A stretch of 64,000 nucleotides of DNA, taken from assembly GCA_001661245.1 (NCBI GenBank), contig KV454017.1, positions 899,903 to 963,902 on the forward strand, written 5' to 3'. The stretch comes from Pachysolen tannophilus NRRL Y-2460. Lineage: Eukaryota. The notes under the pieces were generated by a model. That model had not been told where the DNA came from. It saw only the letters and a program-made list of their open reading frames with translations, and searched no databases. The position numbers and the translations under genes were made by a program. Shown here piece after piece: positions 36,221-49,328 of the stretch (position 1 is its first letter; every line of letters starts with the position of its first letter).

Positions 36221-37171
36221 ATGGCTACGGAAGCAGAAACACAAGAAAAGTATCGCAGAAATGAGGAATTGATTAAGACACCGTTACACGGTATTTATAT
36301 TCCAATGTTGTTGATCATATTTGGAATTGGTATACAAAATTATCGTTATATTCCTCATACTGTTGCCATATTGTTGGTATATTTGGCTTATAATTTCATT
36401 AGAGCATATAGGAGGAAGAAATCCATATCCAAGGATAAGTTTAAAGAATTTGAATTGATAGACAAGACAGTTGTTTCTAAAAACTCTGCCATTTATAGGT
36501 TTAAATTATTTAGAGAATCTGAAAATTTGGATATTCCAATTGGTCATCATCTTTGTTGTTCTGTTGAAATTGATGGTAAGGATGAAATTGCTTATTATAC
36601 CCCAATTTCTTCTCAATATGATTTGGGATTTTTCGATATCTTGGTTAAATCTTATCCAACAGGAAAAGTTTCAAAATATTTTGCAAGTCTTCATAAGGGA
36701 CAAACTGTTAAATTTAAAGGCCCTGTTGGTAGAATGTCTTATCAGCCAAATATTTGTAAGAATTTGGTTATGATTGCTGGTGGTTCTGGTATCACTCCAA
36801 TGTTACAAGTTTTAAGTTATATAACAACAACTCCAGAAGATTTAACTACTGTTAAATTATTATTTGCTAATGAAACTAGAAATGATATCTTATTAAAAGA
36901 TGAAATTGATGAATTAGCTTCCAAATATCCTTATTTCGAAGTTGAATATTTCTTAAATGAACCATCTAAAAATTGGAAAGGCAAAACTGGATATATTACT
37001 AAAGATGATATTAAAGAATCTTTAATTGGAGATGATTACTTAGACACAACAAAAATTTTCATTTGTGGACCTTTGGAAATGAGAAAAAATATGTTGCATT
37101 ACTGTGAAGAATTAGGTTTTCCTAAAGGTACCCTAAAATCTTCTCAGGAAGATCAAGTCTTTTGTTTTTAA
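36221..37171 (+). CDS. Membrane-anchored NADH-cytochrome b5 reductase-like protein (Pga3/Aim33 type)
   Basis: TPLHGIYIP N-terminus with TM segments, YYTPIS, MIAGGSGITPMLQ, ICGP, C-terminal DQVFCF. Confidence 0.88.
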   Translation: MATEAETQEKYRRNEELIKTPLHGIYIPMLLIIFGIGIQNYRYIPHTVAILLVYLAYNFIRAYRRKKSISKDKFKEFELIDKTVVSKNSAIYRFKLFRESENLDIPIGHHLCCSVEIDGKDEIAYYTPISSQYDLGFFDILVKSYPTGKVSKYFASLHKGQTVKFKGPVGRMSYQPNICKNLVMIAGGSGITPMLQVLSYITTTPEDLTTVKLLFANETRNDILLKDEIDELASKYPYFEVEYFLNEPSKNWKGKTGYITKDDIKESLIGDDYLDTTKIFICGPLEMRKNMLHYCEELGFPKGTLKSSQEDQVFCF

Positions 37172-37427
37172 CAAAAAAGAAAAAGAAAAAAAAGAAAAAA
37201 AAAAAAATAAACCACGAGAAATTGTCTCATTTAAGAGTAAAAATACAACGTATCTATTTTTTTTGAAAAAAATATATAAAACTTGTAGAATAGAAGAATG
37301 AATATATATAATATTTAAAGTACTTTCTGAATAATTGGAAATTATTTGAAATTTAGTAGGAATAAATAAATGAATGAATTACTTATTATTATTAGGTGAT
37401 AATAAAGTAAAAAAAAAAAAAACAAAT

Positions 37428-37500
37428 TGGACGAGTCAGGAATCGAACCCGAGACCTTTCGCATGCTAAGCGAACGCGCTACCAACTACGCCACACGCCC
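37428..37500 (-). tRNA. tRNA-Ala(AGC)
   Basis: Reverse complement GGGCGTGTGGCGTAGTTGGTAGCGCGTTCGC-TT-AGC-AT-GCGAAAGGTCTCGGGTTCGATTCCTGACTCGTCCA; G3:U70 pair. Confidence 0.97.
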
Positions 37501-37598
37501 TTTTATTTAATTCAAGTAAAAGTGATGTTCCTACATACGGCAGCAGCAGGTGCAGCCATCACCATCACTACCACCACAACCACCATCATCTAACTTTA

Positions 37599-39204
<1,606 letters not shown>

Positions 39205-39503
39205 ATCCCCAATCAATTCAATTACTAACTAAACTTGGAATCTTGAATTAAAAAAAGGAAAAAGAAAAATAACCAGGAGCATCACTGACCCAATTTATAT
39301 AGTTATCTTCTTTCTTCTTATCTATTTATCGGCAGAATCTTCATTTTAGGCGGAAACGAAAACCGCCGGTTTAGCATTAGTTTGAAAGGGAATTAAATTC
39401 ACTACAAGATGAACATTATAAGAAATATAAGAAAATACATATCCAGCAAATAAATAAATATAAATATAATAATAATAGTAATAATAGTAATAATAGTAAT
39501 ATA

Positions 39504-41507
39504 TCATTGTAGTACAGGTAAAAATTGTCCAACAACCAACATGGGGATATCAAAGACATCTCTCTTGATAGTCCAAACACAGGCACATTTCAAGAAGCCA
39601 TCTGAAGGGTTTGCCTTTTTCAAGATACAATCTGTCAAGACAGTAGCATTCAAATCACCAAAAGCAATATCACTAAATAATTTGAAATATCTGATGGCAC
39701 TTTCGTCATCCATTAATTCCACAATAAAAGTTCTTTTTGAAAGTAAATTTACTCTTGAATAACCTGTTAGAGTTAAGAATTCGTTTGTTATTGCTACAAT
39801 TTCGCTTGTTCTCCTCCATATTATTGTTGGAGATGCTGACATTGAAATTAAATTTTCATATTCCAATAAGGATCTCTGTAAAGATCTTTCTGTGAATATT
39901 AAGTCATTTTCGTATAATGACTTTGTTGCCGATATAAATGAAGGTCTGTATTTGGACATTGAAGTCGCAATGTTTATTAATTGTGCTCTATTAAACCTCA
40001 ATTTTAAGTAACGAATTAAAGCATGGTAAGCTTTTGGGTATTGGTACGACTTCACGATATTCGTTAAATATATATCGTCTGCCGTCTTAATGATATGCCT
40101 TAAAATCAATGGTGACATGTAGTCATCTTCTTCTTGAGTATAGTTTGGTATAGTAATATCCAGACGTGTTGTTGGAATATTATTTTCATTAGTGGCTGGA
40201 ACAGACAGAAGATGATTTTGATTTTCTATATTTGCGGAAGATGAATATGTGTTGTTATCTCCTAATTGAATATAAGCTCTTTCGTTTACATCAATATCGA
40301 AAAAATCTGAAGGAGAAGATGGATTGGTTGTGATTAAAGTAGTTAATTGAGCATATTCGTCATTAGCCATTGAAGAAATGAATTTTGTCTTTGAATCATC
40401 TAATCCTGTGTTATAGTTCCCACTAAATAGTAAATTTATGTCAGTTGTGTTATTCGCTTGAATCTCACCAGGAGGTGGAACCGAAGAAGATGCAAAATTT
40501 GGATGGTGTTGATAATGTGGTTGAATAAGAGGAAATTCACCTTCATCTTCAGGAGATGATTCTTTTGAAGAATAGTACAGTGATAAAGAAGATGCCTTAT
40601 TTGTAGAATTTGTTTTCGGCAGCTGTATCAGTGGTTTAGTAATGATGACTTCTGCTTGTACATGTGATGAGTCTGAGTGAGGATGTGGATGTATCTGTGT
40701 AGACGGATCAAAACGAGGATTCATATTAGTTGCATTTGATGATGATGATTTTTTGAAAAACATATGTTGCTGCAGTTTCCCCTGATTTTGACCTGGAGAA
40801 TTACCAATGTTGCTACCAATAAATCCAGATGTCATATCACTGTACATTACATTATTTGGTGCCACGGGACTATTATGTATAGATAGTATTCTATTGCCGA
40901 CAAACAGGGTATCCGCTGAATTCACATCCTTTCTAATACTATCATTGTTACCATTATTATGACTATCACTGTAAACTGGAGTGACACTTTTGTTCGAAAG
41001 AGTTGTCTGTGTTCCTTGTATTCCTAAATTAATAGGGATTGGACGGCCATCACCACCAACAGGAGGTGATTCCGATTTCTCAAGGTTTTCCTGTGTATAA
41101 GTAGCAAAATCCAGTTGAGCTTGGTTTTGTGAGTTATCAGAAGTATCATTGATTACTGTTGTTGTTGTTGTTGTTTTCTTTTTCGCTGTAGAATTCTTTT
41201 TCCTTTTCTTATGTGTCGAGGGCATCGTCAGCAATCCCAGATCCAGTTGCTGTTCGAGTTCCAGTCCGAGTTCTAATTGAACCAGTTGAACCTGTTGATC
41301 TTGTTTCTTCCTTTGCCTTTCGGCCGCAACTAAATATTTTGCCTTTTTCCTTTCAACATCTTCACAAACAGACTCTAAACCCCTTTTTGCACAATTCTTA
41401 CAAGGTCTTCCTTGATCACATTGTAAATGCTTTGAATGACAAAACTTACAAGCTCTAGAAATAGGTTTTCTTTGCTTCTTTACCTCTGGTGGTAGTTTTT
41501 TTGTCAT
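39504..41507 (-). CDS. ERT1: Zn2Cys6 + PAS transcription factor of the Ert1/AcuK gluconeogenesis family
   Basis: RACKFCHSKHLQCDQGRPCKNC..RG...C.D.ERKKAKYL; C-terminal YRPSFIS, PTIIWRRT, WTIKRDVFDIPMLVVGQFLP. Confidence 0.85.
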   Translation of the reverse strand: MTKKLPPEVKKQRKPISRACKFCHSKHLQCDQGRPCKNCAKRGLESVCEDVERKKAKYLVAAERQRKKQDQQVQLVQLELGLELEQQLDLGLLTMPSTHKKRKKNSTAKKKTTTTTTVINDTSDNSQNQAQLDFATYTQENLEKSESPPVGGDGRPIPINLGIQGTQTTLSNKSVTPVYSDSHNNGNNDSIRKDVNSADTLFVGNRILSIHNSPVAPNNVMYSDMTSGFIGSNIGNSPGQNQGKLQQHMFFKKSSSSNATNMNPRFDPSTQIHPHPHSDSSHVQAEVIITKPLIQLPKTNSTNKASSLSLYYSSKESSPEDEGEFPLIQPHYQHHPNFASSSVPPPGEIQANNTTDINLLFSGNYNTGLDDSKTKFISSMANDEYAQLTTLITTNPSSPSDFFDIDVNERAYIQLGDNNTYSSSANIENQNHLLSVPATNENNIPTTRLDITIPNYTQEEDDYMSPLILRHIIKTADDIYLTNIVKSYQYPKAYHALIRYLKLRFNRAQLINIATSMSKYRPSFISATKSLYENDLIFTERSLQRSLLEYENLISMSASPTIIWRRTSEIVAITNEFLTLTGYSRVNLLSKRTFIVELMDDESAIRYFKLFSDIAFGDLNATVLTDCILKKANPSDGFLKCACVWTIKRDVFDIPMLVVGQFLPVLQ

Positions 41508-41923
41508 TTCTTCTTTACCTTTTTGAAAATACTTTATTTATCTTTCACTTAATATTTTATCATAACTCTACAGTCACTGCAACAAAATGATCATAAGCAT
41601 GGATATAGTTGTTGCATTCCATTAGAGAATCCCTAGATTACCATCAAAAAAAACAAAAAATATAAAAATTAAATAAATAATACCTTTCAAAAATCCTCTT
41701 TGATTTCAGAATTATAAATAATCAACAATATTTATATATATTTTATATATATTTTTCAAAGCAACAAACTATCAATTAGATATAATCGGTCAAAATGTCT
41801 CCAGAATGGAACCTAAAAAAACAAAAAACTCAAAGTTGAAAACTATTCAACAAGATTAAAAATAACATAATTATATCAAAGACTTAATTATAGGTTTAAT
41901 CCTCGTTTTTTGGGACATTTTCC

Positions 41924-41936
41924 GAAAATCTGGGGT
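41924..41936. promoter_or_regulatory. Mig1/CreA-type site (AT box + CTGGGG) upstream of ERT1
   Basis: GAAAATCTGGGGT, identical to 44394-44406. Confidence 0.5.
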
Positions 41937-42093
41937 AAGTATGCCCTGAAATGTCACGTATATACAAAAAATTGTTGTTTTAAATTAAAAATGAGAGAAA
42001 AGGTTAGTAAAGGGGTTTAAGCGGAGAAGGAATAGTAAATAGTATTAAAAAGAAGATTGCTATATAAGTATAAATATGACTTTCAGTAAAAAA

Positions 42094-44193
42094 TTAGTCA
42101 ATTTTAGCTAAAACGAGTGCTGTTCTTGTAGGAAGGTAAACTTGTAAGAAATTATTACGGTTATTCCAATTATATGGTGTTGTAAAATGTTCTACCAGTT
42201 TATCGATTCTACCATGACCACCGAATTTTTCATCATCTGTTGATAAGATGACTTTAAATTTCCCAGTTCCGTTTAAACCAACTCTATAATCGGTAAAACT
42301 ATTTGTTGGATGGAAATTAAAAATGAAAAGTAAATTATTTCTTTCATAAACAATTACTTTATCAACTTCATGTTTTAAAGATACATATGCTTGTGGATAA
42401 TTTAACCAACCGTAATTAGCTTCTGTATTATTCATTGCACAATCAAAATAGAATAAGAATTTATAACGTAATAGATCATCTTCAATTAAATTGAATTGTC
42501 TTCTTGCATAATGATAAGAATCGTTATTACCAATTCTTGGGAAATCTAACCATTCTGGATGACCAAATTCATTACCTTCAAAATTTAAATACAGTTCACC
42601 TCCAAGACTATGTGTAATTAGTCTAATCATCTTATGTAATGCTAAACCTCTATCAACACAGGGAGTTAAAGGAGTTAAAGTTGACATGTTTGTATACATT
42701 TCTTTATCCATTAACCAAAATGCTAAAGTTTTATCTCCAACTAAAGCTTGATCATGAGATTCAGCATATGCTACACATTTCTCACCATACCTACGATTGG
42801 TTAATGTATGAACTATATCACCCATATTCCAATCTTCATCTTTAGAATGTTTTAAAAGTTTGATCCACATATCAGGAATTGACATAGATAATCTATAATC
42901 AAATCCAACACCACCAGAACTTCTAGGTAAACATAAAGTTGGATAACCAGAAACATCTTCAGCTATTGTTGTAATTGATGTTTTTTGTAATTTCAGGAAT
43001 TCGGTACATAAATCACATGCAAGCATTAAATAGGCAACAGCTTCTCTATCAACTTTTGAAAATTCATTTAAATATTCATTATAATTACCACTAAAACCTT
43101 CACCAACACCATGATGTAAATATAACATACTTGTAACACCATCAAATCTAAAACCGTCAAAATTATATTCATCAAGATAAAATTTCAAATTTGATAATAA
43201 AAACCTTAACGTTTCATAATTACCATAGTTAAATAATCTTGAATCCCATTGATCATGTACACCTTTACTACCTCCATGGAAAAGATAATAATCAGTACCA
43301 TCAAACATATTTAAACCATCTTCAACATTTTTGGAAGCATGCGAATGCACAATGTCTAATAAAACTCGAATACCTAAACCATGAGCAGTATCAATTAATT
43401 CTTTTAATTCTTCTGGAGTACCAAACCTTGAACTTATAGCGAAAAAACTAGTAATTTGATAACCAAATGAGGCATAATAAGCATGTTCCATAATTGACAT
43501 TAATTGTAAAGTATTATAACCTAATTCTTTAATTTTTGGTAAGATATTTTTGGTAAACTCTTTATAAGTTCCAACTTTTGGTTCTGGAGTTGAAATACCA
43601 ACATGAGCTTCATAAATTTTTAAAGATGTTGGTAATAATGGTCTTGCATTTTTAAAATGATAAATTTCTTCTTTTGAAGGATTCCAAAAACGAGATTCAA
43701 AAGTTGGATTTTTATATTCTTTAGGAGGTTGAGTACTTCTTCTAATCCAAGGTGGTAATCTAGCAACTTTTGAACCATCAGGTAAAGTTAATAAAATTTT
43801 AACTCTTGAATCATGAGGAATCAGAAAATCGCCATTTTCCCTTGGTGGCAATATAATTGTAAAATTCCCAAACAGATCTCTTTGCATCTTATGAGAGTCA
43901 TGATTCCAATCATTAAAATCTCCAATTAATGAAGCACCAATAGCATTTGGAGCATACTCTTTATACGAAATCGAATGATCATTTTGATTTGCATGTAATC
44001 CATATTCTTTATAAGAATCAGCTAATTTAAGTAAACCACCTTCAGTCTCATCAAACTTCTTTATCCAATTATCAGCAATAGTACGACGTCTTAACAATTC
44101 TTGAGCAAACGGTTCTAACCACGGATCTATATCAGTTGCTCCTTTCACCGATAATGGGATTCCACCTTCATCTTTATCTTTATCATTTGACAT
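42094..44193 (-). CDS. GLC3: 1,4-alpha-glucan (glycogen) branching enzyme
   Basis: [68 protein letters not shown]. Confidence 0.97.
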   Translation of the reverse strand: MSNDKDKDEGGIPLSVKGATDIDPWLEPFAQELLRRRTIADNWIKKFDETEGGLLKLADSYKEYGLHANQNDHSISYKEYAPNAIGASLIGDFNDWNHDSHKMQRDLFGNFTIILPPRENGDFLIPHDSRVKILLTLPDGSKVARLPPWIRRSTQPPKEYKNPTFESRFWNPSKEEIYHFKNARPLLPTSLKIYEAHVGISTPEPKVGTYKEFTKNILPKIKELGYNTLQLMSIMEHAYYASFGYQITSFFAISSRFGTPEELKELIDTAHGLGIRVLLDIVHSHASKNVEDGLNMFDGTDYYLFHGGSKGVHDQWDSRLFNYGNYETLRFLLSNLKFYLDEYNFDGFRFDGVTSMLYLHHGVGEGFSGNYNEYLNEFSKVDREAVAYLMLACDLCTEFLKLQKTSITTIAEDVSGYPTLCLPRSSGGVGFDYRLSMSIPDMWIKLLKHSKDEDWNMGDIVHTLTNRRYGEKCVAYAESHDQALVGDKTLAFWLMDKEMYTNMSTLTPLTPCVDRGLALHKMIRLITHSLGGELYLNFEGNEFGHPEWLDFPRIGNNDSYHYARRQFNLIEDDLLRYKFLFYFDCAMNNTEANYGWLNYPQAYVSLKHEVDKVIVYERNNLLFIFNFHPTNSFTDYRVGLNGTGKFKVILSTDDEKFGGHGRIDKLVEHFTTPYNWNNRNNFLQVYLPTRTALVLAKID

Positions 44194-44393
44194 AATACAA
44201 TAAATTAAAATTTGATTATATACGGTTTTATATCTTTATGATCCTCCTCTAAACCATAAAATCACTATCAAGAAATAAAAAACTAACTCAAAATAATAAT
44301 AAACCCTGATTAGTTAATTTAATTGTATATAAACATTCGATTCTTTATTGCTAATATATTCAACTGGTTGTATCTTATCTTTTATTTTAAAAA

Positions 44394-44406
44394 GAAAATC
44401 TGGGGT
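44394..44406. promoter_or_regulatory. Mig1/CreA-type site upstream of GLC3
   Basis: GAAAATCTGGGGT about 200 bp upstream of the ATG. Confidence 0.5.
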
Positions 44407-44607
44407 TTTTCAAGCAGCAGTCTACTCCGAAAATAGCAAAATAGATAAAAAGCAGTCTTCTTTAACTTTAGTCAAAATTATTACAACGAATTACCCTATG
44501 AATTCATGATGAATCTTGAAAATAGCTACAGAGTGATGATTTAGGAGTGATAAGGATATATATATATATATAGTACGTAATCTATGTATTTTTGTTTTTT
44601 CAATTTT

Positions 44608-47172
44608 TCAGTTTAAGATGTAGTTAATTGAGTAACGTTTATGTTCATTAATCTGGTCATCGGAGTTTTCATACTTTGATTTCAGTTCCGAAAATTCTTT
44701 GAAATTAAAGATATCTTGTAATTGATATTTTTTGGAATTATTTTGATTTACACCCAGATGTTTATGGAATTTTCGTTTGATGACTGTTAAGTATAATACT
44801 ATTAAAATGACTTCTCTACTGAAAAAATACCATGTTAAATCTCTTTTCAATAATTCTACTTTTGCCATGTTTGAGAATATACTTTCTATGGTTTTAGTAA
44901 AAGAAGTGATTAACAGATCGTTTAAATAGTTTACCTTGGAGTTATTTGAAGAGTTTTCTGTTTGTAAAGTTATATCATTTAACTCTTCTAATGAATAATT
45001 CCAAAGGTTATATTCTCTTGGTAAATCTTTATCATTATCGACATATTTGAAACATATACCACCATCATCTAGATCTCGATTCTCGATTAATATACTAATC
45101 ATGCAACAAACACTTTTAAGTAACAATTTCTTAACATTTGGGAATGCAACAATTTGTAAAGTCTTATTTTTAACAAATAATTCATTTTGATGGAAATTTT
45201 GCATCAATAAGTCAATCATTTTTAAAGAATAAGTTAAATATAATATGCAATCATTTGTAGCTTTTAATCTCAATTCTTCAAGTATCATCGATTCATTTTC
45301 ACTCAGATATTCATCATCATGATCATCTTCTTCCACATTGACATGTATTGGACTTTCCGGATATTTGTATGAAAGATATAACAAATAACTAAAAGATATA
45401 ATCAGTATTAAAAAATCTAAATTATGATTAATCTTTTTAATACAATTATCATTATTAATTTCAAAACAATTTTCATTCATATAATTATTATGACCAATGC
45501 TTAAGAAATTATTTATAAATTTTTTTAAATTAATAATATCATTTTCAATATCAATTCTTTTTCTAAACATTTCTGGTTTTTTATTAAATTTCATATCTAA
45601 AATTTTTGTAAATTCCATATTTTCATTAAAAATTGAATATCTATTTGCGAAAAATCTTGAAAAAATAATTAAATTCAATTCAATATCCAGAGTTGTATAA
45701 ACATCATATTTTAAATGATTTTTTATAGATAATGGGAAACCAACTTTAATTGAATATTCAAAATCTAATTTTAATAAATTTTTCCAAATATTTTTTAAAG
45801 CTTCTTCATTTTGTATATAATTATTATTTGGATTATTCAGATTTTTATAAGCAGGATCAAGATTCAGATAATTTTTTTGTAAACCAATTCTCTTTGCTGA
45901 ATTTATTGATAAAGTTAATAATAAAGAATCATCAAAATCAGTTTTAGTAACAAATAAATTTAATGAAGAATCATCAGGATTAAATTTTTTAAAAATCATC
46001 ATCATTATCATCACTTGAATAGATACAACTGAAGGTCTGCTTGTTGAATTACTCATTAAAAAGCAAATCATACTAAAACTTGTTAAACTATTATTACTAT
46101 CTTTAAAATTATCATCTGAATCACTAAATAATAAACCAAATTTAATTAAAAGTAATAATCCACTTAAATGTAAAAGTTCCATATTATAATCTTTTGAATC
46201 ATTATAAACATCAATTTCAATCCCACCTTTTCTAGTTTTTTTAAAAATTCTATAAAAATTTTCTTTAATATCTTTATAATTAACAATTGGTTGGAAAAAA
46301 AATAAGTCACTATTTTTTAAATTGAAAAAAAATAAGAATTTTTGTTCAACAATTTTAAAACTTGGTAAACATTTACTTAATTCTTGTAATTTTTTACCAA
46401 ATATATCATTTTTATCAGGTTTTAAATCATTTATATTTAAAATAATATTTGAATATTTTTTATCAACATTTAATAATTGAGAAAGTTTGAAAAAATCAAA
46501 AAAATTTGAACCAAGAGATTCTTTTATTAATAATTCTTTTTTAAAATCATTTCTAAATTTTAAATATAATGGTTCAAATAAATTTATTAATTTACCAAAT
46601 TTATTTTCTTTAAAAAATAATAAACTTGATAAAGATAATGGACCAAAATTTGATGAAATTTGATTTTCATTTAATTTAATTTTTGTTAATGCAATTTTTG
46701 TCAAATCAATAGCACAATTCATAATTTTATATTTAATTTTATATTTTAAATTATTATCTTTATTATTTTTATCATAATTAATTGCAAAAACATTATTTTG
46801 TGGGAAACACGAATTAACATTATTATTACCTTTTGATTGTTTTAATTCTCTTTCTCTTTCTCTTTCTCTTATCTTTGAATTCAATAAATTTATCAACCTT
46901 AAATTTTCAGATTTAAGCAGTCCATATTCATTTTTCAAATTTTCTTCTTTAACAATACTACTTATCCATGGAGAATCATCATATATACATAAATGAACTG
47001 GTACATTATTTTTCTTACAAGCACCACATAACGGTTTTTGTCTATCACATTTAATCTTTCGTTTCCTACAAGTGGTGCACGATATTGGTAACCTTTTCCT
47101 TTTCTTTATCTGGGAATGTTGTGGATTCATAGTTTCATCACCATGATCACTATTATCAAATTGAGATGACAT
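44608..47172 (-). CDS. Zn2Cys6 transcription factor, paralog of the 49329-52446 gene
   Basis: RKRLPISCTTCRKRKIKCDRQKPLCGACKKNNVPVHLCIYD binuclear cluster followed by coiled coil. Confidence 0.88.
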   Translation of the reverse strand: MSSQFDNSDHGDETMNPQHSQIKKRKRLPISCTTCRKRKIKCDRQKPLCGACKKNNVPVHLCIYDDSPWISSIVKEENLKNEYGLLKSENLRLINLLNSKIRERERERELKQSKGNNNVNSCFPQNNVFAINYDKNNKDNNLKYKIKYKIMNCAIDLTKIALTKIKLNENQISSNFGPLSLSSLLFFKENKFGKLINLFEPLYLKFRNDFKKELLIKESLGSNFFDFFKLSQLLNVDKKYSNIILNINDLKPDKNDIFGKKLQELSKCLPSFKIVEQKFLFFFNLKNSDLFFFQPIVNYKDIKENFYRIFKKTRKGGIEIDVYNDSKDYNMELLHLSGLLLLIKFGLLFSDSDDNFKDSNNSLTSFSMICFLMSNSTSRPSVVSIQVMIMMMIFKKFNPDDSSLNLFVTKTDFDDSLLLTLSINSAKRIGLQKNYLNLDPAYKNLNNPNNNYIQNEEALKNIWKNLLKLDFEYSIKVGFPLSIKNHLKYDVYTTLDIELNLIIFSRFFANRYSIFNENMEFTKILDMKFNKKPEMFRKRIDIENDIINLKKFINNFLSIGHNNYMNENCFEINNDNCIKKINHNLDFLILIISFSYLLYLSYKYPESPIHVNVEEDDHDDEYLSENESMILEELRLKATNDCILYLTYSLKMIDLLMQNFHQNELFVKNKTLQIVAFPNVKKLLLKSVCCMISILIENRDLDDGGICFKYVDNDKDLPREYNLWNYSLEELNDITLQTENSSNNSKVNYLNDLLITSFTKTIESIFSNMAKVELLKRDLTWYFFSREVILIVLYLTVIKRKFHKHLGVNQNNSKKYQLQDIFNFKEFSELKSKYENSDDQINEHKRYSINYILN

Positions 47173-47644
47173 TCTCTTTTTAAAAAAAAAAACAATTACA
47201 CAATCACATGCATATTTTTTTTCTTTTTCCTTTCTTTTCTTCTTTTTAATATATATATATATATATAATTAATCAATTGACTTTGTCAACAATAAATTTC
47301 AAGTACAAAAAGAAAAAAAAAATTTTGTATCGGTATTAAAGAATACTGGAACACCGATAAGAGATATAAATTGTAATGAATCATTAATACCCGTTTTCTT
47401 TATTATATTATAATAGGGCAAAAAAACAAACAAACAAACAAACAAAGAAGAAGTATTAAATAAAAGATACATTAAAAAGGGCAAAAAAATCCGGTACGTC
47501 CTTACATCATACTTGTACCGGCGATTATGCCTATTTTTGAATGGCCCTTCCTCGGAAAACTTGAGATTTTTCCCTCTTCCCTTGGACCGCCCTTCCGCTG
47601 CTAGTAATTTGAAAAAAAAATCATTTTTTTTCCTCTTGAATCAA

Positions 47645-47662
47645 TTAGGGTTTACAACCCTA
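47645..47662. promoter_or_regulatory. Palindromic Tbf1-type element in the RPL4 promoter
   Basis: TTAGGGTT-TAC-AACCCTA about 230 bp upstream of the RPL4 ATG; RRPE-like AAAATTTTTCA at 47773-47783. Confidence 0.6.
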
Positions 47663-47884
47663 CAACGAGGATAGAAGAAAAGGTTAGAAAATTTTCCTTT
47701 TTAGGATTTTGGTTTTGCAGTGCACAACTCTAAGAAATTTTCTTTCTTTGAAAAATTGTAAAGAAGAGGGAAAAAATTTTTCACTTTTTTTCACTTTGTT
47801 TTTACCTATTATAAAATATATAATTGAATTAATTGATATATTCTATATTATTTAATTATAAAAGTATAGAAGGAAAATAAAAAA

Positions 47885-48982
47885 ATGTCCGTTACTCGTC
47901 CACAAGTCACAGTTATCTCAGCTACAGGTGAAGCCACTCAGACTTCTTTGCCATTACCAGCTGTTTTTAAAGCTCCAATTAGAGCTGATATTGTTCATTC
48001 TGTTTTCACTAGAGTTAACAAGAATAAACGTCAAGCTTATTCTGTTTCAGAAAAAGCTGGTCATCAAACTTCAGCTGAATCATGGGGTACTGGTAGAGCT
48101 GTTGCCCGTATTCCAAGAGTTGGTGGTGGTGGTACCCATCGTTCTGGTCAAGCTGCTTTTGGTAATATGTGTCGTGGTGGTCGTATGTTTGCTCCAACTA
48201 AAATTTGGAGAAAATGGCATATTAAAGTTAACCATAACGAAAAACGTTATGCCACTGCTTCAGCTATTGCTGCTTCAGCAGTTCAATCATTAGTCTTGGC
48301 TAGAGGTCACAGAGTTGAAAACATTCCAGAAATTCCATTGGTTGTTTCAAATGATGTTGAAAATGTTAAAAAGACTAAAGAAGCTGTTGCTGTCTTAAAA
48401 GCCGTTGGTGCTCATAAAGATGTTATTAAAGTTATTAAATCTAAGAAATTACGTGCTGGTAAGGGTAAATTGAGAGGTAGAAGATATACTCAAAGAAGAG
48501 GTCCATTAGTTGTTTATGGTCAAGATAATGGTTTAGTTAAAGCTTTTAGAAATATTCCAGGTGTTGAAACTGCTAATGTTAAATCTTTAGGTTTATTACA
48601 ATTGGCTCCAGGTGCTCACTTGGGTAGATTTGTCATTTGGACAGAATCAGCTTTTGCTGCTTTAGATTCAGTTTATGGTTCAGAAACTACAACTTCAGTT
48701 AAATCAAATTATTCTTTACCACGTAATATCATTACTAACACTGATGTTACAAGATTAATTAATTCTGCTGAAATTCAAGCTGTTATTAAACCAGCTGGTC
48801 AAGCAACCCAAAAACGTACTCACGTCTTGAAAAAGAACCCATTGAAAAATAAACAAATCTTATTAAGATTAAATCCATACGCAAAGACTTTTGCTGAAAA
48901 GAAACTTGGTTCAGTAGTTGTTAATCAACCAAAGACTAAACCTTCAAAAGGTGCTTTTGAAAAAGTTTTAAAATCAGATTAA
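47885..48982 (+). CDS. RPL4: 60S ribosomal protein L4 (uL4)
   Basis: [47 protein letters not shown]; strong codon bias. Confidence 0.99.
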   Translation: MSVTRPQVTVISATGEATQTSLPLPAVFKAPIRADIVHSVFTRVNKNKRQAYSVSEKAGHQTSAESWGTGRAVARIPRVGGGGTHRSGQAAFGNMCRGGRMFAPTKIWRKWHIKVNHNEKRYATASAIAASAVQSLVLARGHRVENIPEIPLVVSNDVENVKKTKEAVAVLKAVGAHKDVIKVIKSKKLRAGKGKLRGRRYTQRRGPLVVYGQDNGLVKAFRNIPGVETANVKSLGLLQLAPGAHLGRFVIWTESAFAALDSVYGSETTTSVKSNYSLPRNIITNTDVTRLINSAEIQAVIKPAGQATQKRTHVLKKNPLKNKQILLRLNPYAKTFAEKKLGSVVVNQPKTKPSKGAFEKVLKSD

Positions 48983-49225
48983 ATTAATTAGTTAGATTTT
49001 TTATATAGCATTTTTTTTTTTAAATTCTATTATTATCAATACTAATCAATTTTTTCTTATTCTAAACATATCAATTCATTCATTCATTATAAATCTTGAA
49101 TAAAACTTTGAAATCTTTAATACCTTTAAAATCCTAAAATTTCCTTTTTTGATAAACACCAGCTAAACCCGAAGAAACGTTTTTTTTTTAAAAGCAACAA
49201 ATTATCTTCATCTTTCATAAATATA

Positions 49226-49260
<35 letters not shown>

Positions 49261-49328
49261 GGAATAAATTGAATTTGGTCTTCTTTCTGATTCTTTCGTT
49301 AGAGATTTTGGAATTGAATTCCAAAAAA

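Noticed and set aside
37428..37500. tRNA-Ala as the CUG-decoding tRNA
   Set aside because: The anticodon is AGC, not CAG; it is an ordinary alanine tRNA.
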